Source: the human T2T-CHM13v2.0 reference genome, Homo sapiens. From it: a stretch of 64,000 nucleotides of DNA. Below the pieces are notes generated by a model that saw only the letters and a list, made by a program, of their open reading frames with translations, had not been told where the DNA came from and ran no database searches. A program made the position numbers and the translations under genes. Location of the stretch: NCBI RefSeq assembly GCF_009914755.1, contig NC_060926.1; one strand, given 5' to 3'. Below, one piece after another: positions 31,001-46,800 of this stretch (position 1 is its first letter; every line of letters begins with the position of its first letter).

Positions 31001-31967
31001 AGAATCTCCCTGGATTCAGTGATGTAATTCTGAGGCATGTTCCACATAGCTTCCCATAGAATTAAGCCCAGATATCTAACACAGGAACTTGCCTCTTAAC
31101 ACGTGTGGCACTGGCTTTTCTATCTTTCCTGTTTTATTTTGTTCTCTCTTCCTTGTCTCACTTTCACTGTGTCCTCACTCCTGCTTTAAGAATACCCAAA
31201 CAAACACATTCATTTATTTTTTTGGAGTCTCAGAACACACTTGATAGTGTAACTTGTAATCTATGATAATCAGCTTGGATGCTATACTGACAGGAAGATG
31301 GTGAACTCACAATGTCTAATTAAGATAAAATTTAAAAGTATATTGATTCATGTCCAAAGACTTAAAAAACCTAAGCGGCAGTGTCATAATTTCTTCTTTT
31401 TACTTTACATGGTTTCTTAAACGCCTACAATTGTTTTAAAGGAAGACTTGAATCTAGGAAAAATTGAGTCATATGGAATAAATTACTAACCCATTTCTCC
31501 TTGAAATCCATTAGATGCTTGATGATTTTTCACATATATTTCTGCATTGAAAAGCTAGTTGCGAATTATTTTTATAAGCATATCCTTATGTAATATTTTG
31601 TTTTTAACAGTGAATTGAAGGTTTAAAGATTAAATTATTCTATCCAGAGAATAAAAAGCAATTATTTCACAAGGAGAACATGTGTACGTTGACACGACAT
31701 TTTAAAGTCTAGATTTTAAAATAGGTCTCATATACTTTTGTGTCAGTTAGAATATGTTTGTATCAGTCTGTCTACAGTTTTACACCTGTCAAAATGTACT
31801 TGAACTACAACAACTACCTTGAACAATTTTGAAATTTATGATTCCTCTGAAACTGATTAGAAGAATTTTGGTAGAGTGAAATTCTGATTGACATAATTTG
31901 GGAGAGAAATTATTCCTTGGACATCAACCTCTGCCAAGATAGTTTATAATGACATTGAGGCTGTCAT

Positions 31968-32073
31968 TATATATATATATATATATTATATATATAATAT
32001 ATATGTATATATATTATATATATATTATATATGTATATATATTATATATACATATATATTATATATATATATA
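31968..32073. repeat. (TA)n-rich low-complexity tract
   Basis: ~105 bp of interrupted TA repeats. Confidence 0.95.
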
Positions 32074-33449
32074 AAGTCTGTGACTTTAATTAAAATTGTA
32101 CTACAATTAAATGTCTAAATAAATTAGAAGGGTACATGGTATATCTAATTGAATGTTTATATATTTTATCTGTGCATTTTTTTTCCTAGGGTTTCTTTTG
32201 CTTTAGTTTGTAAAACGTTCTTATTTTTATGATAATGTAGCATATACTAAATAAAGAAAAATCAGGAAATAGAAAATGAAGAAGAAAGCATTAGCTATTG
32301 TCAACCAAATAAAAATTGTGAAATCTCTAAGCACATGAACTATGTAATATTTGTACAGCATAGTACCGTGTTTTTGCTTCACAGGGTAAGGTAGAGACTG
32401 CAAAACCTTGAACTTGGGACAAATAAGAAAGTAAGGAAATTTTCACAACATATTAATATTATAGAAAATGTTGAACTTAACAGTTAAGATACAAGTAGTG
32501 AAAAATGATAGTATTTAAGGAGATCTAGAAAATTTAATCTATACCTGTAATGTGTGAGAAGTATTAGAATAATGCTTGTATTTCTGGATTGGCATCGATT
32601 TCTATTGAGACTGGAAACATAATAGAAGTGAGGGGAAAAGAATTTAAATTGTGGATACTTGAGTTTTATACCTAGGAGTTTGAGAAATACATTTTGTTAC
32701 TATCAAAGCAGTTGGCACAAGAGTGTACAAAATTCCCTAATTGTGTCTATGTGGAGAAGACATAGACAAACAGAGAATAGCAAAACAGAAATAGCAAAAA
32801 AGCAGAGATAAATTTTACCTGTATTTTTAAGTAAAAGCCAATTAGAGAAGGAAAACATGAAATTTGTGTTTTATCAAAATTTTTCTCTTTCTCATAATAC
32901 AGTTGAATATATTACTGGGAAATATTTTAAGCACTGGTATGTTCACAAATAAAAGTAATATATAAGGTCAAAACCATGGGAATGCAGGGAGCAGACAAAA
33001 TATAACTAAACACCGAAACTGATTTTGCCCTATGGACATGTAGCAAAATGAATGACTGCAGATTCCTACTGTCATACATCACATAGGACAGTAAAGAAAT
33101 ACATAGTTTTTCCCAAGATAGGGCATCACACAGGAGCTCCTCCCTAAAGCTAGGACCAAAATTTATATCCTCAGTATAAAGAAGAATCAGAGGTAAATTA
33201 GTCCCATTTCACATTCCCTGGAAATGGCAAATAAAAATGACTTGAGATTGGACGGATTTAAAGAAACTCAATCGTTAATGATTTACAGCAACTAATTTAA
33301 AAATTGTTTAAATGTGCAGTCCAAACATATGTTCGAACACCTTTAGGCCAAGAATTAACATAATGTGGTCCCAGAATGGTGGTGCCTTTAGTAGAATCAC
33401 AAAAAATTCAAATTCTCTTTAGCAAATTTTCTACTTACTAATCCACAAA

Positions 33450-34480
33450 AGTGCACAAAAATAATTTTCAGAGAAAAGTAAATATTTGTCATTCAAAGGC
33501 ATCTAAGCATGCAAGGAAATGATATTCCACCATTTGAAAGGAAAGCAGAAAAAGAGTACAAACAGATCCACAAAGGTTCATTAGTAGAAATATCACTGTT
33601 AGATTATAAAGCACATTTGCTTTCAAAAAATTTTTTAAAAAATGAATATATTGTTAGGAGACTAAAAAATTCATGTAGCAAATTTGAAAAGTAGTTTGTA
33701 TAAAAATATAGTTATTTTAAATTAAAAACTCAAAAATGAACTCATCAGATTAGACATGGCCAAGGTAACAGTTCATAAATATTTCAGAATGCATTACAGA
33801 AAATTTTAAAAAATGTAAAATGTGGACAGAATGATGGAGAGACATGGAAGATACAGTGAGAAAGTGTAGCATGTGTTTAGAGAGTGTTCTCATAGAAGAA
33901 GGGAACTGGGAAGGGACAATATGTGATGGTATTTTGGCTGAAAGTTCCCTAGACTTTTGTAAGACACTAATCTGCATATTCAAAAATTCCATGCATGCTA
34001 AGCAAGCTACAATGGAGATAAACCCACACCTATGTATCTCCTAGAGAAATAGTAAACAACGAGGAAGGGAAAAATATTTCAATTAGCACCAGAAAAATGA
34101 AATTACTTTTAATCATATTGAAATCTGAAAAAATGAAAGGTAAAATAAACAATATTATCTGTTAAGAATAATAATGCCATTCTGAATTTCTAAACGAAGA
34201 AAAATATTCATCAACCTATGGCTAAATAACATATTTAGAGACAAAAAACAAAACGCCACCAGCAGAATTCCACTAAAGAAACTAAAGAGAAACTCTGAAA
34301 ATATGCTTCAGAAAGGTTGAAGTTCTGAAATCAAAGAATGAACACAAAGTAAAATATATTGTAAACATACAGATAGAACAAATAAGAAACTGGGTGTTGA
34401 AACAAAAATATATTTAAAATTAGATAAGCACTGCAATATGTATGATAAAAAGAAAATTATTAGGGCTAAAGTATTCAAAG
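33450..34480 (+). mobile_element. Ancient L1M ORF1-region relic
   Basis: A-rich; ORF 33844-34044 (MEDTVRKCSMCLESV..EEGN...ILAESSLD..K) resembles a degenerate L1 ORF1 RRM start. Confidence 0.55.
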
Positions 34481-34545
34481 AACCCTTAACTGTCTGACAA
34501 GAGCAGAAAAGTGAGTAAGACTTTGCAACTCTTTTTCTTTTTCGA

Positions 34546-34888
34546 GTGGAATGGAATGGAATGGAATAGAATGGAATGGAATGGAATGGAATGGAATGGA
34601 ATCAAATGGAATTGAATGGAGAGGAATGGAATGGAATGGGAGATGAGATTGTGCCATTGTGCTACAGGATGGGTGACAGAGTGAGACACTCTTGAAAGAA
34701 AGGAATGGAATGGAAAGCAGAGGAATAGAATGGAATGGAATGCAATGGAGTGGAGTGGAGTGGAGAGGAGAGGAGTGGAATGGAGTGGAATGGAATCGGA
34801 TGTAATGGAATGTAGTGGAATGGAATGGAATGGAATGGAATGGAATGGAATGGAATGGAACGGAACGGAACGGAATGGAATGCAATGG
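34546..34888 (+). repeat. (GGAAT)n HSat3-type pentamer block
   Basis: Pure and variant GGAAT/GGAGT/GGAAC pentamers without ATC triplets; marks the start of the satellite. Confidence 0.93.
34640..34702 (+). mobile_element. Alu 3'-end fragment embedded in (GGAAT)n
   Basis: gagatgagattgtgccattgtgctacaggatgggtgacagagtgagacactcttgaaagaaag aligns with the Alu 3' end (GAGATCGCGCCACTGCACTCCAGCCTGGGCGACAGAGCGAGAC...A-tail). Confidence 0.8.
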
Positions 34889-37800
34889 AATCATCATCGA
34901 ATGGAGTAGAATGGAATTATCATCGAATGGAATCAAATGGAATCATCATCAAATGGAATATAATGGAGTCATCATCGAATGGAATCGAAAGGCATCATCA
35001 TCGAATGGACTTGAATGGAAACATCATCGAATGGACTCGAATGGAATCATCATCGAATGGAATCAAATGAAATCATCATTGAATGGAATCGAATGGAATC
35101 ATCATCGAATGGAATTGAATGGAATAATCACTGAATGGAATCGAATGGAATCATCGAATGGACTCGAGTGGAATCATCATCAAATGGAATCGAATGGAAT
35201 CATTATCAAATGGAATCGAATGGAATCATCATTGAAAGGAATCGAATGGAATCATCAACAAATGTAATCAAATGGAATCATCGAATGGAATCTAAAGGAT
35301 TCATCATCAAATGGAACTGAATGGAATCCTCATTAAATGGAACTGAACGGAGTAATCATCAAATGGAATCAAATGGACTCATGATCGAATGGAATCGAAT
35401 GGAATCATCATTGAATGGAATCGAATGGAATCATCATCGAATGGAATCAAATGGAATCACCGAATTGAATCGAATGGAAAGATCATCGAATGGAATCAAA
35501 GGGAATCATCGAAAGGGATCAAACGGAATCATCGAAGGGAATCGAATGGAATCATCAAATGGATTCGGATGGAATCATCAGCGAATGGAAATGAATGGAA
35601 TCATGGAATGGACTTGAAGGGAGTCATCATTAAATGGAATCCAATGGAATCATCAAATGAACACGAATGGAATCATCATTGAATGGAATCAAAAGGAATC
35701 ATTGAATGGCAACGAATGGAATCATCATCGAATGGAATCTAATGGAATCATCAAATGGACTCGAATGGAATAATCAAATGGGCTTGAGTGGAATTGTCAT
35801 CAAATGGAATCGAATGGAATCATCAAATGGACTCGAATAGAATCATCATCAAATGGAATCAAATGGGATCATCATCAAATGGAACTGAATGGAATCATCA
35901 TTGAATGGAATCAAATGGAATCATCATCGAATGGAATCACCAAACTGAATCAAATGGAATGATCATCAAAGGCAATCAAAGGGAAATATTGAAAGGGATT
36001 GAATGGAGTCATCGAATGGAATCGAGAGGAATCATCGAATGGATTCAAATGGAATCATCATTGAATGGAATCGAATGGAATCATCAAATGGACACGAATG
36101 GAATCACCATTGAATGGAATTGAATGGAATCATCGAATGACATTGAATGGAATCATCATCGAATAGAATCAAATGGAATAATCGAATGTACTCGAATGGA
36201 ATCATTGAATGGACTCGAGAGGAATAATCATTGAATGGAATCAAATAGAATCATCAAATGGACTCGAATGGAATCCTCATCGAATGGAATTGAATAGAAT
36301 CATTGAATGGAGATGAAGGGAATCATCATGGAATGGAATCGAATGGAATCATTGAATGGAGTTGAAAGGAATCATCAGCAAATGGAATCGAATGGAATCA
36401 TCGAATAGCAATGAATGGAATCATCATCGAATGGAGTCGAATGGAATCATCAAAAGAACTCGAATGGAATCATCATCGAATGGAATCGAATGGAATCTTT
36501 GAATGGACCCAAATGGAATCATCATCAAATGCAAACGAATGGAATCATCATTGAATGGAATCGAATGGAATCATCATCAAATGGAATCACATGGAATCAT
36601 CAAATGGAAAAGAATTGAATAATCATAGAAAGGAATTGAATAGAAACATTGACTAAAATCGAATGGAATCATCATCGAATGGAATTGAATGGAATCATCA
36701 TCGAATGCATCTGAATGGAATCATCATCGAATGGAATCGAATGGAATCATCAATGAATGGAATTGAAAGGAATCATCATCAAATGGCACCAAATAGAATC
36801 AACAAATGGACTCGAATGGAATCATCAAATTGACTCGAATGGAATCATCATCAAATGGAATCGAATGGAATCATCGAACGGAATTGAATCGAATCATCAT
36901 CGAATTAAATCAAATGGACTCGAATGGAATCAACATCGAATGGAATCGAAAGGACTCATGGATTGCACTCGAAGAGAATCATCGAATGGACTCAAATGGA
37001 ATCAACATCGAGTGGAATCAAAAGGAATCATCGAATGGACCCGAATGAAATCATCATTGAATGGAATCGAATGGAATCATCGAATGGACTTGAATGGAAT
37101 CATTATCTAATGGAACCGAATGGAATCATCATCAAATGGAAACGAAAGGAGTAATCATCGAATGGAATCACATGGAATAATCATCGAATGGACTTGAATG
37201 GAATCATCATCGAATGGACTCGAATGTAATCATCATTGAAAGGACTCGAATGGAATCATCATCGAATGGGCTCGAATGGAATCATCATCAAATGGAATCC
37301 AATGAAATCACCGAATGGAATCGAATGGAATCATCATCAACTGGAATTGAATAGAATCATCGAATGGACTCGAATGGAATCATCGGAGAATGGAATCGAA
37401 TGGAATTATTGAATGGACTCGAATGGAATCAAATTTGAATGGAATCGATGGGAATCATCAAATGGAATCGAATGCAATCATCATCGAATGGAATTGAATG
37501 GAATCATCGAATGGAATCGAATGGAACCACCATTGAATGCACTCGAATGGAATAATCATTGAATTTAATCAAAAGGTATAATCGAATGGACTCGAATGGA
37601 ATCATCATCGATTGGAACCAAATGGAATCATTGAATGGAATCAAAAGGAATCACCATCAAAAGTAATCAACTGAAATCACTGAATGGAATCGAATGGAAC
37701 CATCTTAGAAAATAATCGAATAGAATAATCGAATGGAATCGAATGCAAACAACTTCAAATGGAATCGAATGGAATCATAGAATGACATAGAATGGAATCA

Positions 37801-40800
37801 TCAACGAATGGAATCAAAGGGAATCATCATCGAATGGAATCAAAAGCAATCACTGAATGGACTTGAATAGAATCATCAAATGGATTTGAAGGGAATCCTC
37901 ATCGAATGGAATACAATGGAACCATCGAATGGAATCGAATGGAATCATCATCGAATGGAATCAAATGGAATCATCAAATGGACACGAATGGAATCATCAT
38001 CAAATGGAATCGAATGTGATCATCATCAAATGGAATCAAATGGAATCATCGAATGGACACGAATGGAAGGAACAAATGGACTCGAATGGAAACATCAAAT
38101 AGAATCGAATGGAATCATTCAATGGACACGAATGGAAGGAACAAATGGACTCGAATGGAAACATCAAATAGAATCGAATGGAATCATCGAAAGGAATCGA
38201 ATGGAATTATTGAATGGACTCAAATGGAATCATCGAATGGACACGAATGGAATTATCATAAAATGGAATCGAATGGAATCATCAAATGGACTCGAATGCA
38301 ATCATTGAATGGACTCGAATGGAATCATCGAATGGACTCAAATGGAATCATCATCAAATGGAATCGAATGGAATCATCGAATGGACTCAAATGGAATCAT
38401 CAAATGGAATCAAACAGAATCATCATCAAATGGAATTGAATGGAATCAACAAATGGAATTGAAGGCTATCATCATCGAATGGAATCTAATGGAATCATCA
38501 TCAAATAGAATCGAATGGAATCATTGAATGGAATCAAATGGAATCATCGAATGGAATCAAATGGAATCATTGTTGAATGGAATGGAATGGAATGGAATGG
38601 AATCATTGAATGGAATTGAATGGGATCACCAATGAACGGAATCAAATGGAATCATCTTCTAATGGAATCGAAAGGAATCATCGAATGGACTCGAATGGAA
38701 TCATCAAATGGACTCGAATGGAATTATCAAATGGTCTCGAATGGAATCATCAAATGGACCCTAATGGAATCATCATCGAATGGAATCTAATGGAATCATC
38801 AAATGGACTCGAATGGAATCATTGAATTAACTCTAATGAAAACATCAAATGGATTCAAATGGAATCATCTTGGAATGGTATTGAATGGAATCCTCGAATA
38901 GAATCAAATGGAATTATGAAATGGAATTGAACGGAATCATCATTGAATGGAATCGAATGGAATCATCGAATGGAATCGAAGGCAATCATCATCGAATGGA
39001 ATCAAATGGAATCATCAAATGGAATTAAATAGAATCATTGTCAAGTGGAATTGAGTGAAATCATCGAATGGAATCGAATGGAATCATTGTCGAATGGAAT
39101 GGAATGGAATCAATGAATGGAATTGAATGGAATCACCAATGAATGGAATTGAATGGAATCATCATCGAATGGAATCGAATGGAATCATCATCAAATGGAA
39201 TCGTGTGAAATCATCTAATGGGCACGAATATAATCATCATCGAATGGAATCGAATGGAATCATCATCAAATAGAATCGAATGGAATCACTGAATGGACTT
39301 GAATGGAATCATCATCAAATGGAATCGAAAGGAATCATCTAATGGACTCAAAAAGAATCATCATTGAATGAAATCGAATGGAATCACTGAGTGGACACGA
39401 ATGGAATCATCATCGAATAGAAACGAATGGCATCAACAAATTTACTCGAATGGAATATAATCGAATGGAATCAAAAGCAATCATCGAATGGACTCAAATG
39501 GAATTATCGAGTGGACTTGAATGGAATCATCGAATGGACCCGAATGGATTCATAATCGAATGGACTCAAATGGAATGATCGAATGGAATAATCATCAAAT
39601 GGAATCGAATGGAATCATCATCAAGTGGAATCGAGTGGAATCATAGAATGGAATCGAATGGAATCATTGTCGAATCGAATGGAATGGAATCAATGAATGG
39701 AATTGAATGCAATCATCATCGAATGGAATCAAATGTAATCATCAAATGGACTTGAATGGATTCATCATCAACAGGAATTGTGTGAAATCATCTAAAGGTC
39801 ACGAATAGAATCAACATCGAATGGAATCGAATGGAATCATCTAATGTATTCGAATGGAGTTATCATTGAATGGAATAGAATGGAATCATTGAATGGAATC
39901 AAAAAAACATCATAGTTTGGATTCGAATGGAATCATCGAATGGACTCGAATGGAATCATCAGAGAATGGAATCAAACGGAATCATCAAATGGACTTGAAT
40001 GGAATCATCATCAAATGGAATCGAATGGAATCATTGAATGGACTCAAATGGAATCATCATCAAATAGAATCGAATGGTATCATTGGATGCACTTGAAGTG
40101 AATCCTCAACAAATGGTTTCGAATGGTATCATCGAATGGAATCGAATGGAATCATCTTCAATTGGCATCGAAAGGAATCACCGAATGGACTTGAATGGAA
40201 TAATCATTGAAAGGAATCGAATGGAATCATCGAATCGAATCGAATGGAAAAATCATCAAATGGAATCAAATGGAAACATCGAATGGACTCGAATGGAATC
40301 ATCATCGTATGGAATCAAATGGAATCATTGAATTGAATTGAATTGAATCATCATCAAAAGGAATCAAATGGAATCACCATCGAATGGAAATGAAAAGAAT
40401 CATAACCAAATGGAGTAGAATGGAATCATCATCGAATGGAATCCAAAGGAAACAGCATTGAATGGAACCGAATGGAATCATCATTGAATGGAAATGAAAG
40501 GAGTCATCATCGAATGGAATCACATGGAAACATCATCGAATGGAATCGAATGGAATCATCATCAAATGGAATCTAATGGAATCATTGAATGGAATTGAAT
40601 GGAATCATCATCAAATGAATTGAATGAAATCATCGAATCATCTCGAATGGAATCATTATCAAATGGAATCAAAAGAAGTCACCGAATAGAATCGAATGGA
40701 ATAATAATTGAATGGACCCGAATGTAATCATCATCAAATGGAATCAAAAGGAATTATCAAATGGAATCGAATAGTATCATCTAATGGACTCCAATGGAAT

Positions 40801-43800
40801 CATCGAACGGAATGGAATGGAAAAATCAATGAATTCGAATGGAATCATTGTTGAATGGAATCAAATGGAATTATCATCAAATGGAATCGAATGTCATCAT
40901 CATCGAATGAAATCGAACAGAATCATCATCCAATGGAATCAAATGGAAGCATATTCGAAGAGAATCCAAAGGAATCATCATTGAATGGAACCAAAAGGAG
41001 TCATCATCGAATGGAATCGCATGGAATCATCATCGAAAGGAATTGAATGGAATCATCATCAAATGGAATCTAATGGAATCATCTAATGGAATTAAATGTA
41101 ATCATCATCGAATGAATTGAATGGAATCATCGAATGATCTCGAGTGGAATCATCATCAAATGGAACCAAATGGAATCATGGAATAGAATCAAATGGAATA
41201 ATCATCAAATGGACTCGAATGGAGTCAACATCAAATGGAATCGAACAGAATTATCAAATGGAATCAAATAGAATCATCGAATGGACTCAAATGGAATCCT
41301 CAAATGGAATGGAATGGAATAATCAATGTACTCAAATGGAATCATCATCAAATGGAATCGAATGGAATCATCGAATGGACTCGAATGAAATCATCACCTA
41401 ATGGAATGAAATGGAATCATCGAATGGAATCTTCATTGAATGGACTCTAATGGAATCATCAAATGGACTCAAATGGAACCATCGAATGGACTCGAATGTA
41501 ATCATCATTGAATGGTATCGAATGGAATCATTGAATGGACTCAAATGGAATAATCATCAAATGGAATCGAATGGAATCATCATCAGATGGAAACGAATGG
41601 AATCATCATCGAATGGAATCGAATGGAATTATCAAATGGAATCAGATGGAATCATCATCAAATGGAATAAAATAGAATCATCAAATGAAATCGAATGGAA
41701 TCATCATCAAACTGACTTGAGCAGAATCATCATCGAATGGAATAAAATAGAATCATTGAATGGACTCCAATGGAGTCATCATCGAGTGGAATCAAATTGA
41801 ATCATTGAATGAAGTCGAATGGAATCTTCATGGAGTTGAATGGAATGGAATCATCGAAAGGAGATGAAAGGAATCATCATCGAATGGAATCGAATGGAAT
41901 CATCGAATGGACTCGAATGGAATCATCATCGAATGGAATAGAATGGAATATTTGAATGGACTAGAAAGGAATCACCATCGAATGCAATCGAATGGAATCA
42001 TCATCAAATGGAATTGAATGGAATCATCATTGAATGGAATCAAAAGGAATCGTCAAATAAAATAGAATTGAATCATCATCGAATGGAATCGAATAGAAAC
42101 ATCGAATGAAATCAAATGGAATCATCATCAAATGGAATCGAATAGAAACAAAGAATGAAATCCAATGGAATCACCATCGAATGGAATTGAATGAAATCAT
42201 CATCGAATGACATTGAATGGAATCATCACTGAATGGAATCGAATGGAATCATCAATGAATGGAATCCAATGGAATCATCATCAAAGGGAAACAAATGGAA
42301 TCATCAAATGGACTTGAACGGAATCATCGAATGGAATAGAATGGAATCATCATCGAATGAAATCAAATGGAATCATCGAATGGACTTAAATGGAATCATC
42401 ATCAAATATAATCCAATAGAATCATGGAATGCACTCGAATGGAATCATCTAATGGACTCAAATTGAATCAACATCGAGTGGAATCCAAAGGAATCATCGA
42501 ATGGACTTGAATGGAAACATCTAATAGACTCGAATGGAATAATTATTGAATGGAATCGAATTGAATCATTGAATGGACCCGAATGGAATCATCAACGAAT
42601 GGAATCAAATGGAATCATTGAATGGAATCTAATGGAATCGTCATTGAAAGGAATCGAATGGAATCATCATCGAATGGAATCAAATGGAATCATCATCGAA
42701 TGGAATCAAATGGAATCATCATCGAATGGAATCTAATGGTATCATCATCCAATGGAATCAAATGGAATCATCAATGAATGGAATTGAATGGAGTCATTGA
42801 AAGGAATCTGTTGTATTCGTCATCGAATGGAACCGAATGCAGTCATCATCGAATGGAATCGAATGGAATCATCAAACGGACTTGAATGCAATCATCGAAT
42901 GGACTCGAATAGAATCATCATCGAATGGAAACGAACAGAATCATCAAAGGGACTCGAATGGAATTATCGTAGAATGGAATTGAATGGAATCATTGAATGG
43001 ACTCGAATGGAATCATCAACGAATGGAATCAAATGGAATCTTTGAATGGACTTGAATGGAATCATAGAATTGACTTGAATGGAATCATTGAATTGACATG
43101 AATGGACACGAATGGAATCATCATCGAATGGACTCCAGTGGAATCATCATCAAATGGAATCCGATGGAATCATCGAATGGAATCGAGTGGAATCATCATC
43201 GACTGGAATTGAATGGAACAATTGAATGGACTCGAGTGGAATCATTGGAGAATGGAGTCGAATGGAATTATCAAATGGACTCGAATGGTATCAACTTTGA
43301 ATGGAATCAAAGGGAATCATAGAATGGAATCAAATGCAATCATCATCGAATGGAATCGAATGGAATTATCAAATGGAATCAAATAGAATCATTGAATGGA
43401 CTCGAATGCAATTAACAAAAGGAATGGAATTGAATAATAAATGAAGACGAATGGAATCATCATTGAATGGAATCGAATGGAATCATCGAATGGACACGAA
43501 TGGAATAATCATCAAATGCAATCAACTGGAGTCATCATAGAATGGATTCCAATGGAATCATCATCTAATGGAATCGAATGGAATCATCGAATGAAGTAGA
43601 ATTGAATCATCATCGAATGGAATCGAATAGAATCATCGAATGAAATCGAATGGATTCATCATCGAATGGAATCAAATGGAATTATCATTGAATGCAATTG
43701 AATGGAATCATTATCGAATGGAATCGAATGGAATCATCAACAAATGGAATCCAATGGATTCATCATCAAATAGAAAAAATGGAATATCAAAAGGACTCGA

Positions 43801-46800
43801 ATGGAATCATCGAATGCACTCGAATGGAATCATCACCAAATGGAGTCAAATGGAATCATTGAAAGGAATCAAATGGAATCATCATCGAATGAAATCAAAT
43901 GGAATCATCGAATGGACTCGAATGGAAACATCACCAGATGCAATTGAAAGGAATCATGGAATGCACTTGAAAGGAATCATCAAATATACTCATATGGAAC
44001 CAACATTGAGTGGAATCGAAAGAAATCTTCGAATGGAATTGAATTGAATCACCGAATGGACTCAAATGGAATCATCATTGAATGGAATCGAATGGAATCA
44101 TCATCTAATGGAATCGAGTGGAATCATCAATGAATGGAATCGAATGGAGTCACCAAATGCAATCCGTTGGAATCATCATCGAATGGAACCAAATGCAGTC
44201 ATCATCTAATGGAATCAAATGGAATCGTCGAATGGACTCAAATGGAATCATCGTATGGACACGAATGCAATCATCATCGAATGGAATCTAATGGAAGCAG
44301 TAAATGGAATCCAATGGAATAATCATTGAATGGACACAAATGGAATCATCATTGAATGGAATCGAATGGAATCATCATCGACTGGAATTGAATGGAATCA
44401 TCGAATGGACTCGAATGGAATCATCGGAGAAAGGAATAGAATGGAATTATCGAATGGACTCGAATGGAATCAACTTTGAATGGAATAGAAGGGAATCATC
44501 AAATGGAATCGAATGCAATCATCATGGAATGGAATCGAATGGAATCATCTTCAGCTGGAATTGAATGAAATCATCGAATGGACTCGAGTGGAATCATCGG
44601 AGAATGGAATCAAATGAAATTATCAAATGGACTAGAATGGAATCAACTTTGAATGGAATCGAAAGGAATCATCGAATGGACTTGAATGCAGTCATCGAAT
44701 GGACACGAATGCAATCATCATAGAATGGATTCGCATTTAATTATCATCGAATGGAATCGAATGGAATCATCATCAAATGGAATCAAATGGAATCATCGAA
44801 TTGAATTGAATGGAATCATCATCGAATGAATTGAATTGAATCATCAAATGGTCTCAAATGGAATCATCATCAAATGGAATCGAATGGAATTATCGAATGG
44901 AATCGAATAGAATCATTGAATGGACTCGAACGTAATCATCAAAAGGAATTGAATGGAATAATAAATGAAGACAAATGGAATCATCATTGAATTGAATCGA
45001 ATGGAATCATCGAATGGAATTGAATGGAATCATCATCGAATGGAATCGAATGGAATCATCATCGAATGGAATCGAAAATAATAATCATCAAATGAAATCG
45101 AATGGAATCATCATCGAATGGAATCCAAAGGAATCATCATAAAATGGAACCGAATGGAATCATCATCGAATGGAACCAAAAGGAGACATCATCGAATGGA
45201 ATCACATGGAATCATCATCGAATGGAATTGAATGTAATCATCATCAAATGGAATCAAATGGAATCATCCAATGGAATAGAATTGAATCATCATCAAATGG
45301 AATCAAATAGAATCATCGAATGAAATCGAATGGAATCATCATCGAATGGAATCGAATGGAAAAATCATCGAATGGAATCGAATGGAATCATCATCAAAAG
45401 GAATTGAATGGAATCATCATAGAATGGAATCGAAAAGAATCATCATCAAATGGAATCGAACGGAATCATCATCGAATGGAATCCAAAGAATCATCATCGA
45501 GTGGAACCGAATGGAATCATCATCAAATAGAACCAAAAGCAGACATCGTCGAATGGAATCAAATGGAGTCATCTAATGGACCTGAATGGAATCATCGTCG
45601 AATGGAATCAAATGGAATCATCTAATGGACCTGAATGGAATCATCATTGAATGGAATAGAATTGAATCATCATCGAATGGAATCCATTGGAATCATCAAA
45701 TGGATCCGAATGGAATCATCATTGAATGGAATAGAATGGAATGACCATCGAAGGTAATTAAATGGAATCATCTAATGGACAAGAATAGAATCATCATCGA
45801 ATGGAATCGAATGGAATCATCTATTGTACCCAAAAGGAATCATCATCAAATGGAATAGAATGGAATCATTGAATGGAATCAAATGGAATCATCATCGTAT
45901 GGAATTGAGTGGAATCATTGAATGGTCTCATATATAATCATTGGAAAATGGAATCAAATGGAATCATCGAATGGAATCGAATTGAATAATCATCAAATGG
46001 AATCGAATGTAAACATCTAATGGACCCAAATGAAATCATCATTGAATGGAATCGAAAGGAATCATCAAATGGACTCGAATGGAGTCATCGTCGAATATAA
46101 TTGAAAACAATCATCAAATATATTTGAATGGAATCATCGAATGGATTCAAATGCAATAATCATCAAATGAAATCAAATGGAATCATCAAATGGATTCGAA
46201 TGCAATCGTCATCAAATGGAATAGAATGGAATCATCGAATGGAATCGAATGGAATCATCGTTGAATGAAATCGAATGGAATCATCAAATGACTCGAATGG
46301 AATCATCATCAAATAGAATTGAATGGAATCATCGAATGGACTCGAATGGAATTATCATCAAATGGAATCAAATGGAATCATCTAATAGAATCGAATGTAA
46401 TCATCATCGAATGAAATCGTATTGAATTATCAAATCTCCTCGAATGGAATCATCATTGAATGGAATCAAATGGAATCATCGAATAGACTCGATTGGAATC
46501 ATCATCGAAAGGAATGGAATGGAATCATCAAATGGATTCGAATGGAATAATCATCGAATGAAAGCGAATGGAATCATCAAATGGAATCATCATTGAATGG
46601 AATCAAATGGAATGATCTAACAGACTCCAATGGAATCAACATTGAATGGAATCGAACAGAAACATCGAATGGAAGTGAATGGAATCATTATTGAATGGAA
46701 TCAAATGGAATCATCAAATGCAATCAAATTGAATCATCATCGAATGGAATCAAATGGAATCATCGAATGGAATAGAATAGAATCATCTTCGAATGCAAAC

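Noticed and set aside
16230-34480. Short 60-100 aa ORFs in the AT-rich interval
   Set aside because: No recognisable homology beyond L1 relics; consistent with chance ORFs.
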